DNA from: Bacilli bacterium
GTDB taxonomy: Bacteria; Bacillota_I; Bacilli_A; ML615J-28; CAG-313
Reading direction: 5' to 3'
DNA length: 64,000 nucleotides
Assembly: GCA_045652765.1 (NCBI GenBank)
Contig: JAZOLG010000020.1
Span: forward strand, 4,889-68,888
A program made the position numbers and the translations under genes. The first letter of the stretch is position 1. Each line of letters starts with the position of its first letter. The notes beneath the pieces were generated by a model, which searched no databases, had not been told where the DNA came from, and saw only the letters and a list, made by a program, of their open reading frames with translations. Shown here in pieces: positions 20,240 to 29,759 of the stretch.

Positions 20240-20977
20240 ATGAACGAATACTTTGAAAACATTGAATATATTGATGTGATAGATTCAACAAATAAAGAAT
20301 TAAAAAAAGATAAATATAATCTTTATGATAATTATGTTTTAATTGCTAATCAACAAACTAATGGAACGGGTCGTCTCACAAGAACATTTGTATCCAATAA
20401 AGATGCAGGGTTATATATGAGTATAAGAATTAAACCACAAGTTTCTATTAAACAACTCAATAATTTAACTTGCGTTGTTGCTGCTATTGTATCCCATTCT
20501 ATAGAAAAACAAATTAAAAGATTAGTTGATATCAAATGGGTTAATGATATTTATATTAATAATTTTAAAATAGCAGGAATATTAGTGGAATCGAAAATCA
20601 ATTTTAATACAAATAATTTTGAGTACTTAATTATTGGAATAGGTGTTAATTTATATCAACAAGAATTTGATGCGGATCTTAGTAAGACTGCATCTAACAT
20701 AGAAAAAGAAACAAGAATTAAAATATCTAAAGAACAGTTAATTAAAGATATTTTATTTGATTTATCCATATACCTAAAGGATTATAACTCAGAAGAATAT
20801 ATGAAACAATACATCGCAAGATCTTTTTTAATTGGTAGAAAGATTAAATTACAAACATCTAATGAATTAATTGAATGTATAGTAGAAGACATTAATTACA
20901 ATGGAGAATTAATAATAAAACATAATAATTGTATTAAAACTATTAATTCTGCTGAAGTAATAAAAACCTACCTTTAA
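20240..20977 (+). CDS. birA: Biotin--protein ligase (group I BirA, no HTH domain)
   Basis: 245 aa with BPL catalytic motifs KIAGILVE and IGIGVN, plus a C-terminal BPL_C-like segment. Sits next to the biotin-dependent decarboxylase genes. Confidence 0.75.
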   Translation: MNEYFENIEYIDVIDSTNKELKKDKYNLYDNYVLIANQQTNGTGRLTRTFVSNKDAGLYMSIRIKPQVSIKQLNNLTCVVAAIVSHSIEKQIKRLVDIKWVNDIYINNFKIAGILVESKINFNTNNFEYLIIGIGVNLYQQEFDADLSKTASNIEKETRIKISKEQLIKDILFDLSIYLKDYNSEEYMKQYIARSFLIGRKIKLQTSNELIECIVEDINYNGELIIKHNNCIKTINSAEVIKTYL

Positions 20978-21177
20978 AAACACCCTAAATTTCCCCATTT
21001 TGGCACTTTTCATATTATTTGTAAAGATATTAAGAAAATTCTTAAAAGTTTCGTATTCGTCAAATTTTGATATTATTTTTAAGTTTTAAAAGATGACTTT
21101 TCTAAAAACTGAAAAATTAGTGAACAATATTATTATTACTTGATTATTTAAAACAAATAGTTTATAATTTAGTTGAG

Positions 21178-22038
21178 GTGAAAACTATGGAAAAGAGAAA
21201 ACATATTATAGCGTTAATGTATGACTTTGATAAAACACTATGTGCTAAAGATATGCAAGAATACAGTTTTATTCCAAACATCGGTATGAAAGCTGATGAA
21301 TTTTGGAGTGAAGCTAATAAAATATCTGTTAAGAATGATATGGATAGAATTTTAGCATATATGTATCTTATGTTAAAACTTGCTAAAAAGAAAGACTTAC
21401 CAATCACAAAAGAAGCTTTCCAAACATTAGGACAAGATGTTGTTTTATACAAAGGTGTAAAATCATGGTTTAAAAGAATTAATGATTATGGGAAATCATT
21501 AGGCGTAGAAATTGAACATTACATTTTATCAAGTGGCTTAAAAGAAATTATTGAAGGAACACCAATCGCAAAAGAATTTAAAAAAATTTATGCATGTGAA
21601 TTCCATTATAATGAAAGAGGAAATGCGGACTGGCCACAACAAACTGTCAATTTCACAACTAAAACACAATTTTTATTCAGAATTTCTAAAGGTGTATTGG
21701 ATGTTACTGATGATGTTAGACTTAACACAAAAATTAAAGACGAAGAACGTAGAATCCCATATTACAACATGATTTATTTTGGTGATGGATTAACAGATGT
21801 TCCATGTATGAAACTTGTAAAACAATATGGCGGACATTCGATTGCTATATACAACAAGAAAGAAAAGAAAAAAGTAGAACAACTATTAGTAGATGAACGT
21901 GTCAACTTTATATGCGAAGGTGATTATCAAAAAGATTCTGAACTAGAAATTATTGTAAAAAAATTAATTCAACAAGTTGCTGCATCGAATGATCTATTAG
22001 ATTTATCAAAACAACAATATCAACAAATGAGGGATTAA
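21178..22038 (+). CDS. HAD-superfamily hydrolase
   Basis: 286 aa with HAD motif I (YDFDKTL) and motif IV (FGDGLTD). A consensus promoter (TTGATT-17-TATAAT) lies upstream at about 21140-21168. Confidence 0.6.
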   Translation: MKTMEKRKHIIALMYDFDKTLCAKDMQEYSFIPNIGMKADEFWSEANKISVKNDMDRILAYMYLMLKLAKKKDLPITKEAFQTLGQDVVLYKGVKSWFKRINDYGKSLGVEIEHYILSSGLKEIIEGTPIAKEFKKIYACEFHYNERGNADWPQQTVNFTTKTQFLFRISKGVLDVTDDVRLNTKIKDEERRIPYYNMIYFGDGLTDVPCMKLVKQYGGHSIAIYNKKEKKKVEQLLVDERVNFICEGDYQKDSELEIIVKKLIQQVAASNDLLDLSKQQYQQMRD

Positions 22039-22039
22039 A

Positions 22040-23080
22040 ATGAATAAAGACCAAATACTTGATGATATTTTAAACAGATTTAGTGGTAATATTGATGAAG
22101 ATTTTAAATTAGTATTACATTTTGCTGAACAATATCGTAAAGCTTCAAGATTTGATATTATGAAAGATGTAATCTATCTTTTAGAAAAACGTTATGGTGA
22201 GGCAGGAAAACAAAAATTAGTCGAAGCTGCAAAGGAAAATATTAAAAGAAGAAAAGATATGTATCAACAAATGATTAACTACGAAAAAAATAAAGAGTAT
22301 ATTAAAGCTCAAGAAATAGTAGTAAAATTAATTGATACATTTCCAATGGAAAGACCACTTAAAGACGATGAGATTGTTTATTCATTTAATAATTTATTTG
22401 AGCATATGTATTATATGTTAAATTATAACCAAGAACATAAAAACGTCATTAAGTATGAAGAACCTATTTCTAATTATTATTTTCATTTAGCTTATAATTT
22501 ATTTAATTTAGAAGATTACGAAGAAACAATTGATATATTAGATAAATCTTTAGAACTTAATCCAATTAATGTTGATTCTGTTTTGTTACAATCTGAGGCA
22601 TACTTAAAATTGGGTTATGTTAATAAATTTTTAGATAATATTGATAGAGCACTATTAGATGCAAATAATAAGTTTCAAGTAGCGAATGCATATTATTTAC
22701 TTGCGAAATATTATTATGAATTAAACAATAAAGATGTCGCATATGCTTGTTGCATTTTATCCCGTAATTTTATTATTACGAAAGAAATTGATTATTTGTT
22801 TAATAATGTCAAACAAATGCCTGGAGAAAATATTGATTTTAGAGATATTCAAAAAATACAAGAAATCTTAAAAAATCAAAAGATTCAATTTGGACCAAGT
22901 CCTAAAGTATTAAGCACTTTAAAGAAACTTTTAGCTGATCCTAAAACAAAAGAATCTATACCAATCAACTATTATTTTATGAATGTTGCGTATGAATTAA
23001 CTCATGATTACAAGTTGAAAGAACAACTTGATGAGTTAAAAAAGAAAGTTGAATCTTTAAAAGACAATAAGACTGAATAA
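22040..23080 (+). CDS. TPR-like repeat protein of unknown function
   Basis: 346-aa alpha-helical repeat protein (AYNLFNLEDYEETIDILDKSLELNP is TPR-like). The ATG overlaps the stop of the HAD gene. Confidence 0.5.
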   Translation: MNKDQILDDILNRFSGNIDEDFKLVLHFAEQYRKASRFDIMKDVIYLLEKRYGEAGKQKLVEAAKENIKRRKDMYQQMINYEKNKEYIKAQEIVVKLIDTFPMERPLKDDEIVYSFNNLFEHMYYMLNYNQEHKNVIKYEEPISNYYFHLAYNLFNLEDYEETIDILDKSLELNPINVDSVLLQSEAYLKLGYVNKFLDNIDRALLDANNKFQVANAYYLLAKYYYELNNKDVAYACCILSRNFIITKEIDYLFNNVKQMPGENIDFRDIQKIQEILKNQKIQFGPSPKVLSTLKKLLADPKTKESIPINYYFMNVAYELTHDYKLKEQLDELKKKVESLKDNKTE

Positions 23081-23100
23081 TATTTATTCAGTCTTTTTTT
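23071..23100 (+). terminator. Intrinsic terminator after the TPR gene
   Basis: gactgaata-atattt-attcagtc followed by T7. The stem includes the stop codon. Confidence 0.8.
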
Positions 23101-23180
23101 ACATTTAAAAATTAATGTAATTTAGTAGATTAAAAATCAAAAATATGGTATAATAAGTTTAAGAAAAGGAGGAATAAATT

Positions 23181-24086
23181 ATGCGTAAAATTCTTACACT
23201 TTTATTATTGATATTTTCAATTACATTAACTAGTTGTCGAAATAATGATAATGAATTACCAATTGTTGTTTGTACTATTTTTCCACAATACGATATTGTA
23301 AGAAGTTTAGCAGGAGATTATGTAGATCTACATATGGCAGTACTTCCGGGCGTTGACACGCATAATTATGATCCTTCTGTTGATGATATTATTTTGATTA
23401 AGAAAAGCTCATTATTTATTTATACTGGTGATTTTATGGAAAATTGGGCAAGTACAATTGGTGCATCAAACACACTAGATTTATCTAAAATAAGTGGAAT
23501 AGAACTTGCACAAATCGAAGAAAAACACGAACACCATGAACATCATAGTCATGATATAGATCCACATATTTGGACAAGTTTAACACATTTAAAATATATG
23601 GTAATCTCGATTAGTGAAAAACTTCAAACCATTTTACCAGATAATATTGATGCTATTAAAATGAATGAACAAACCTATTTAAATAAAATTGATTCACTAA
23701 TTTTAGAAATGAATCAAATAAAAGTTCAAGCAGTCAATAAGACATTCTACTTTGGAACACCATTTGCTTTTTATTATTTGTTTAAAGAATTTGGCTTAAA
23801 TTATAAATCAGTATATGTAACATGTTCAATGGAAGTCGATCCTTCAATTGATGATATTATTGAGATGAATAATAATATCAAAAACAATAATGTTCCTGTG
23901 ATTTTTGTGAAAGAACTTACATCAAGAGATGTTGCGGAGAGTATCGTAAATGGTACAACATGTCAAATTGTTGAATTACATTCCGGACATAATTTATCAA
24001 AAGAAGACTTTGAACAAGGCATTACTTTACTAAGTTTATTTGAAAAAAATATCAGTTCATTAAAGAGGGCTCTTGTATGGCATTAA
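23181..24086 (+). CDS. znuA: Zinc ABC transporter substrate-binding lipoprotein (ZnuA/AdcA/TroA family)
   Basis: 301 aa with a lipobox (LTSC) and the His-rich metal-scavenging loop HEHHEHHSHDIDPH characteristic of ZnuA. Confidence 0.8.
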   Translation: MRKILTLLLLIFSITLTSCRNNDNELPIVVCTIFPQYDIVRSLAGDYVDLHMAVLPGVDTHNYDPSVDDIILIKKSSLFIYTGDFMENWASTIGASNTLDLSKISGIELAQIEEKHEHHEHHSHDIDPHIWTSLTHLKYMVISISEKLQTILPDNIDAIKMNEQTYLNKIDSLILEMNQIKVQAVNKTFYFGTPFAFYYLFKEFGLNYKSVYVTCSMEVDPSIDDIIEMNNNIKNNNVPVIFVKELTSRDVAESIVNGTTCQIVELHSGHNLSKEDFEQGITLLSLFEKNISSLKRALVWH

Positions 24087-24799
24087 TTAAATGTGAGAAT
24101 TTAAAGATAGGTTATTCAAATAGTAAAGTATTAAATAGTGTTAATTTGGAAATCAACAATGGTGAATTTATTTGCGTTGTTGGAAATAATGGTACTGGTA
24201 AATCGACATTGGTAAAAACTTTATTAAGACTTACTCCTGCGATTTCTGGTAAGATTGTATATGATCATACGATTAAAAATACAATGGGATATCTTCAACA
24301 AAATTTATCAATTAATGAAGAGTTTCCAGCTACAGTTTATGAAATAGTATTATCAGGTTGTCTTAGTAAACTAGGTTACCGTATGTTTTACGGAAAAAAA
24401 GAAAAAGAACTAGCTTTAAGCTATATGAAAGAGTTAGGAATTTTAGAATTAAAAAATCGACCATTTAAAAAACTTTCTGGTGGTCAACAACAAAGAGTTT
24501 TAATTGCAAGAGCTTTATGTTCAACTGAAAAAATACTGTTCCTAGATGAACCTTTAAAAGGATTAGATTTTAATGCGTCTAATCAATTATTTGAAATTAT
24601 TTCACACATTAATAAAGAATATGGTGTAACAATTGTAATGATTACTCACAATATTGAAATAGCTTTAAAGTATATTAGTAAGGTTGTATATTTGGAAATT
24701 GGTGATAGTTTTGTAGGTACACCAAAAGAGTTCTTAGAAAGTAAATATGCTAGAACTTATATTGGAGGTGAAGATCATCATGATCATTACCAACAGTAA
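24077..24799 (+). CDS. znuC: Zinc ABC transporter ATP-binding protein
   Basis: 240 aa with Walker A GNNGTGKST, signature LSGGQQQR and Walker B LFLDEP. The C-terminus is His-rich (GGEDHHDHYQQ). Confidence 0.85.
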   Translation: MALIKCENLKIGYSNSKVLNSVNLEINNGEFICVVGNNGTGKSTLVKTLLRLTPAISGKIVYDHTIKNTMGYLQQNLSINEEFPATVYEIVLSGCLSKLGYRMFYGKKEKELALSYMKELGILELKNRPFKKLSGGQQQRVLIARALCSTEKILFLDEPLKGLDFNASNQLFEIISHINKEYGVTIVMITHNIEIALKYISKVVYLEIGDSFVGTPKEFLESKYARTYIGGEDHHDHYQQ

Positions 24800-25604
24800 T
24801 TTTATAGATATTTTAAAATATATGCAAGTACCGTTGCTAGTTGGATTATTACTTTCAATTAGTGCAGCTTTACTTGGAATTATTTTAGTTGTTAAAAAGT
24901 ATTCTATGATAGGCGATGGATTATCACATGTTGGATTTGGATCTGTTGCGATTGCGTTAGCACTTGGTCAAACTCCATTATTAATTTCGATTCCAGTAGT
25001 AATGCTTGCAGCTTACATACTACTAAGACTTGGTGAAAGTAAAAAAGTTAATGGTGATGCCGCAATAGCATTAATTTCTTCTAGTGCTTTAGCTATTGGA
25101 TACATTGTTGGAAACTTGACAAATGGTTTTTCAACCGATATTAATAGTTATATGTTTGGAAGTATCACAACAGCATCTACTAAAGATTTATACTATATTT
25201 TACCAATTACAATTTGTATTATTGTAATGTATATATTTATGTATAACCGAATTTTTGCTGTTACATTTGATGAATCTTTCGCAAAAGCAACCGGAATGAA
25301 TACAAGATTATATAGTATTATTTTTGCCCTTGGAACTGCAATAGTAGTTGTAATTGGAATTAAAGTAATGGGAACATTATTAATCTCTAGTTTAATTATT
25401 TTTCCAGCACTTACATCAAAAAGATTATTTAGAAATTTTAAACGTGTTGTAATATCTTCAGTTATAGTTGCAGCACTAGCATTTACAACAGCGTTTTTCT
25501 TATTCTCAGAGTTTTCTTCCGCCGCATCAATTGTGGTTGTAAATTTAGTATTTTATTTAATTTCGGTAGTTGTATATTTAATTAAAAAAAGATTAGGTAA
25601 ATAA
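24780..25604 (+). CDS. znuB: Zinc ABC transporter permease
   Basis: ABC-3 family polytopic permease. Start placed at the in-frame ATG at 24780, with RBS GGAGGTG 9 nt upstream; the ORF-track start at 24747 has no RBS. Confidence 0.8.
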   Translation: MIITNSNFIDILKYMQVPLLVGLLLSISAALLGIILVVKKYSMIGDGLSHVGFGSVAIALALGQTPLLISIPVVMLAAYILLRLGESKKVNGDAAIALISSSALAIGYIVGNLTNGFSTDINSYMFGSITTASTKDLYYILPITICIIVMYIFMYNRIFAVTFDESFAKATGMNTRLYSIIFALGTAIVVVIGIKVMGTLLISSLIIFPALTSKRLFRNFKRVVISSVIVAALAFTTAFFLFSEFSSAASIVVVNLVFYLISVVVYLIKKRLGK

Positions 25605-25634
25605 AGTGATTTATTAATTTAAATCACTTTTTAT
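25602..25634 (+). terminator. Intrinsic terminator after znuB
   Basis: aagtgattta-ttaatt-taaatcactt followed by T5. Confidence 0.8.
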
Positions 25635-25667
25635 TTTAATAAATATAAAATTGAAATGACAAAAAAA

Positions 25668-25696
25668 TTGACATCAATTTTTATTTGATATATAAT
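25668..25696 (+). promoter_or_regulatory. Consensus sigma-A promoter for the acidic lipoprotein gene
   Basis: TTGACA at 25668-25673, a 17-nt spacer, then TATAAT at 25691-25696. Confidence 0.7.
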
Positions 25697-25729
25697 TTAG
25701 GTATCATTTAGATAAGGAGATAATGATAT

Positions 25730-26236
25730 ATGAAAACTTTAAAGAAATTTTTATTTGTATTTGCATTATTCACATGTGTACTTGCATTAACAGCTTGTGG
25801 TGCTAAACCAGAACTAGATTTTGATGATGCAGAAGACGCTTTAAAAGATAACAAATATACTGTAACCGTTGTTGATGATGAAGATGAATTAGAACCAAAT
25901 ATCGAAAGATATTTAAGAGCATATTCTTCTAATGAAGATTTTATTAGAATTACTGAATATAAAGATTTAAAATCTGCATATTTAGCGTATAAATTGATGA
26001 AATTAGAATATGATAATGAAATTGATTACATTAAGTTAGAACTTAAACAATATAAACATTATTTAGATAAATATGAAGATGAATTAGAAGATGAAGAATT
26101 AGATTATATTGAAGATAAAATCGAAGATTTAGAAGAAGAATTAGAAGAGTTGCAAACTGAGACAAAATTCGGAAGAAGTGGCAAAATTGTTTGGAATGCC
26201 ACTGGAGACGCAATCGAAGATTCTAAAGATAAGTAA
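25730..26236 (+). CDS. Highly acidic secreted lipoprotein of unknown function
   Basis: 168 aa with a lipobox (LTAC). The mature part is very D/E-rich with repeated EDELEDEELDYIEDKIEDLEEELEEL coiled-coil-like segments. Confidence 0.5.
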   Translation: MKTLKKFLFVFALFTCVLALTACGAKPELDFDDAEDALKDNKYTVTVVDDEDELEPNIERYLRAYSSNEDFIRITEYKDLKSAYLAYKLMKLEYDNEIDYIKLELKQYKHYLDKYEDELEDEELDYIEDKIEDLEEELEELQTETKFGRSGKIVWNATGDAIEDSKDK

Positions 26237-26240
26237 TAAT

Positions 26241-26276
26241 AAAAAAGTGATTGTAATTAACAATCACTTTTTTTAT
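26241..26276. terminator. Bidirectional terminator
   Basis: agtgattg-taattaa-caatcact flanked by A6 and T7. Confidence 0.85.
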
Positions 26277-26979
26277 ATACATTAGCTTTACCATCTTTTG
26301 CTATTAATTCAATAACACCAAGATGTCGAAACGCAAGAATACAACTCGAAAGTTTACGACCAGTTAGTTTAGATACTTTCTTAAAATCATTGATTTTGAA
26401 ATTTCCCAAATCATCAGGAATAAGATTGATAAAATCATGATGATCATATATATCAACAATATTTAAGATTTCTTTAGGGTATTGATCAATTCTTGTGGAT
26501 TTAAGTCTTTTATATTTGTCTAACCTAGTAGTTTGATATTCATCGCCTTTTATTAAGACTATTTTAAAAGATAAATTTTGATGTAATAAAAAATCTTTGA
26601 TCTTATAAAGTTCAAATCCAATGGAAAGTATACTTGGCTTCTTTGGTGATTTTCTTTGGCTTAAAAGGATGCCTTCTTCATTAATTTTAAAAATGGTTTT
26701 GTCAATCATTATCGGATAAACAATGGTTACATGATATATTGGAAGAAGATGTTCCAATTTTTTCCGCATTTTATCAAAACCTTGAGTTTGAATTTCAAAA
26801 ACATGATTATCTTTTAAAATATCGACAATGTGGTTATTAATTTTAATTTCATGAAAAGTAGGATCTTCACATATATAATATTTTAAAAACTGATGAACAG
26901 TTTTTTCATTTTTAGTACCAATACTTTCTTTAATTGAATCTTTATCAATTTTATCAAAAACTTGATTTATATTAGGCAT
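26257..26979 (-). CDS. Hypothetical protein, possibly PD-(D/E)xK nuclease-like fold
   Basis: 240 aa. The central segment HIVDILKDNHVFEIQTQ fits a D-x(n)-E-x-Q/K nuclease-core pattern, but this is weak. It overlaps the upstream TSCPD gene by 8 nt, so the two form an operon. Confidence 0.35.
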   Translation of the reverse strand: MPNINQVFDKIDKDSIKESIGTKNEKTVHQFLKYYICEDPTFHEIKINNHIVDILKDNHVFEIQTQGFDKMRKKLEHLLPIYHVTIVYPIMIDKTIFKINEEGILLSQRKSPKKPSILSIGFELYKIKDFLLHQNLSFKIVLIKGDEYQTTRLDKYKRLKSTRIDQYPKEILNIVDIYDHHDFINLIPDDLGNFKINDFKKVSKLTGRKLSSCILAFRHLGVIELIAKDGKANVYKKSDC

Positions 26980-27229
26980 TAAGGGCTTCTAGTAATGCAA
27001 GTGATAATTGGTCTGCACAACTTGTAGGACGCATACCACATGTATTACCTGCTAAGATGTTTTTAATGTTTTCCGCATTTTGACCTTCACAAAGTTTTGC
27101 GATTGCTTTTAAATTACCATTACAACCGCCTAAGAATGTAAGATTATGAATATTATTATTTTCATCTAGGTCAAAACTAATTTGTTTAGTACATACCATT
27201 TGTGATGGTTTAAATTCAATATGTTTCAT
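26972..27229 (-). CDS. Stand-alone TSCPD-domain protein (TIGR03905-like)
   Basis: The eponymous motif TSCADQL and upstream Cys pairs (GGCNGN, NTCGM) are present. Start taken at the second in-frame ATG (MKHIEF...), which has RBS AAAGGAGA 7 nt upstream. Confidence 0.6.
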   Translation of the reverse strand: MKHIEFKPSQMVCTKQISFDLDENNNIHNLTFLGGCNGNLKAIAKLCEGQNAENIKNILAGNTCGMRPTSCADQLSLALLEALNA

Positions 27230-27332
27230 ATTATTCTCCTTTTTCAAAATTATACTTACATTATACATTTTTTTAATTTTCTTTGCAAAAAGTTTGCTTT
27301 TTAGATATAATAATATACTAGAGGTGACAACA

Positions 27333-28463
27333 ATGATTTACTTAGATACAACAGCAACAACGAAACCAAGCGAAGAAGTGATTAGAACTTATCAAAAAGT
27401 ATTAAGTGAATTTTGGTATAATCCAAGTAGCCCATATACGCTTGGCTTAAAAGCAAATAATTTGTTTCAAGACTCCATCAATCACATTAAAAAAATGATT
27501 AATACACCAAATCATAATTTGATATTTACACAATCTGCAACAATTGCAAATAATCTTGCAATATTTGGACTTACTAATAATTATCATAATAAACAAATGA
27601 AAGTTATTACAACTAAAATTGAACATCCATCAGTATATAATCCTTTTAAAAACTTGGAAGAAAAAGGATTTAATGTTGTATATTTAGATGTTGATAAGAA
27701 TGGAATAATAAATATAGATTCATTGAAAAAAGAAATTAATCAAGATACATTATTAGTATCAATTATGTGGGTTAATAATATTATTGGAACGATCGAACCA
27801 ATTGAAGAAGTAATTAAAGTGATTAAAGAGTATCCAAGATGTAAACTTCATGTTGATTTGGTTCAAGGTTTTACAAAGATCGAACCAAAATTTAAATTTA
27901 GTGATATCGATTTATTTACTGTTAGTATGCATAAGATTGAAGGACTAAAAGGCTGTGGAATACTTGGTTATAAAGAAAATATAAATTTAAGTAAACACTT
28001 AATTGGTTCAAGTCAACAAAATGGTATTAATCCAGGCACAATCGATTTAGCAAGCGCAGTCTCAGCTGCAAAAGCTATTCGTTTAGCATATGAATCTTCA
28101 AAAGACAGTTATGTTAAAGTATTAGAATTAAATCATTATTTAAGAAATCAATTATCAATTCTTGATGGTATATATATCAATAGCCCACAAGAAAATGTTT
28201 CACCATATATAGTAAATATTAGTATACCTAAATATAATGCGGAAACTATTATGCATTATTTAGAACAAAAAGAAATATATGTAGCGGTTGGTTCTGCATG
28301 CAATTCCAAAATAAAAAAACCAGAAAAAACGGTTTTGGAAGTAACGAAGGATGAACAAAGAGCTACAACATCAATTCGAATAAGTTTATCAAAATATATT
28401 AAAAAAACTGATGTAGATACTTTAGTACAAGAACTAAAGAATTTCATTAGTAGTAGGAGTTAA
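27333..28463 (+). CDS. iscS: Cysteine desulfurase, class V aminotransferase (NifZ/IscS-like partner of ThiI)
   Basis: Fold type I PLP enzyme; SMHKIEGLKGCG carries the PLP lysine. Start at the ATG at 27333 (MIYLDTTATT) with RBS AGAGGTGA. Followed by thiI, as in Bacillus nifZ-thiI. Confidence 0.8.
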   Translation: MIYLDTTATTKPSEEVIRTYQKVLSEFWYNPSSPYTLGLKANNLFQDSINHIKKMINTPNHNLIFTQSATIANNLAIFGLTNNYHNKQMKVITTKIEHPSVYNPFKNLEEKGFNVVYLDVDKNGIINIDSLKKEINQDTLLVSIMWVNNIIGTIEPIEEVIKVIKEYPRCKLHVDLVQGFTKIEPKFKFSDIDLFTVSMHKIEGLKGCGILGYKENINLSKHLIGSSQQNGINPGTIDLASAVSAAKAIRLAYESSKDSYVKVLELNHYLRNQLSILDGIYINSPQENVSPYIVNISIPKYNAETIMHYLEQKEIYVAVGSACNSKIKKPEKTVLEVTKDEQRATTSIRISLSKYIKKTDVDTLVQELKNFISSRS

Positions 28464-28464
28464 C

Positions 28465-29682
28465 ATGTACGATCATATTTTAATTAGATACGGTGAACTA
28501 AGTTTAAAAAAATCAAACCGTAATCAGTTTATCAAAACAATTACAACACATATTAAAAATGCTTTAAAAAAATATGAAAGACTTTCTTATGAAAGTCGTG
28601 GGATGCGATTTTATATTATTTTAAATGGAGAAAATCCTGAAAATATTATTCCGGTTTTACAAATGATCCCAGGATTATATTCATTTAGTCTAGTAGCAAG
28701 ATGTGATTCAGTAATAGAAGACATTCAAAAACTTGCAGTAAAAGTTTTACAACAAACAGATTTAGAAAACAAAACAATTAAAGTAGAAACAAATCGTGCG
28801 AATAAATCTTTTACAATGTCTTCGCTAGAAATTTCTAAAGAAGTATCGCGTGAATTATTTAGAACAATTCCAAACTTAAAGGCCAATGTTCATAATCCAG
28901 ATATTATTGTTAATATCGATGTAAGAGATGAAGGTACATTTATTTTTACTGAAATTTATTATGGAATGGGTGGTTTACCAAGTGGTTCACTTGGCCGCGC
29001 AATGTTAATGATAAGCGGTGGAATTGATAGTATTGTTTCAGGTATAGAAGCAATTAAAAAAGGAATGGATGTTGAAGCTATTCACTATGCTTCTCCCCCA
29101 TATACAAGTGATATGGCTTTACAAAAAGTTGTGGACTTATTAGAAGTAGCAGCACATTATAAATATGATCAAAAGATTTTATTACACGTTGTTCCTTTCA
29201 CAAAAATTCAAGAAGCTATTTATAAAAATGTTCGTGATGATTATGGTATTACAATAATGCGTAGAATGATGTATAGAATCGCCGAAAAAGTCGCAAAAAG
29301 ACAAAAATCATTAGTAATAATTAATGGTGAAAATTTAGGTCAAGTTGCAAGCCAAACTTTAGAAAGCGTTAATGTAATTAATCAAGTAACAAATGTTCCA
29401 GTTATTAGACCACTTGCAACACTTGATAAGAGCGATATTATTGAAAAAGCAAGAGCTTTTGGAACATATGATATTTCTATTAGACCATATGAAGATTGCT
29501 GCACAGTTTTTGTACCAAAACATCCTCAAATTAAACCTAGACTTGATACAGCAATAGAATTGGAAAACAAATTTGATTTTGAGTCTTTAATTGAAGAAGC
29601 AATCCAAAATATTGAACACATTGTTATAAAAGCTAATGTTGGTTATCAAGTAATAAAGAGCGAAACTGATGATTTATTTTAA
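28465..29682 (+). CDS. thiI: tRNA 4-thiouridine synthase ThiI
   Basis: 405 aa: an N-terminal THUMP region (ILIRYGELSLK...), the PP-loop SGGIDS, and conserved C-terminal blocks. Confidence 0.9.
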   Translation: MYDHILIRYGELSLKKSNRNQFIKTITTHIKNALKKYERLSYESRGMRFYIILNGENPENIIPVLQMIPGLYSFSLVARCDSVIEDIQKLAVKVLQQTDLENKTIKVETNRANKSFTMSSLEISKEVSRELFRTIPNLKANVHNPDIIVNIDVRDEGTFIFTEIYYGMGGLPSGSLGRAMLMISGGIDSIVSGIEAIKKGMDVEAIHYASPPYTSDMALQKVVDLLEVAAHYKYDQKILLHVVPFTKIQEAIYKNVRDDYGITIMRRMMYRIAEKVAKRQKSLVIINGENLGQVASQTLESVNVINQVTNVPVIRPLATLDKSDIIEKARAFGTYDISIRPYEDCCTVFVPKHPQIKPRLDTAIELENKFDFESLIEEAIQNIEHIVIKANVGYQVIKSETDDLF

Positions 29683-29759
29683 TTGGTAAAATTTACATAA
29701 ATATATATTCATAAAATTCCAATCTTGACAAATAATAAATTTGACAGGAGGTGCGAATC

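Noticed and set aside
21040-21120. A 16-codon ORF (MTFLKTEKLVNNIIIT) in the birA/HAD intergenic region
   Set aside because: It has no RBS and lies inside the promoter region of the HAD gene. It is probably noise.
29700-29759. A sigma-G/sigma-F forespore promoter upstream of the SASP gene
   Set aside because: Only a loose match (tcATA ... CAAATAATA with non-canonical spacing). It is not strong enough to annotate as a feature.
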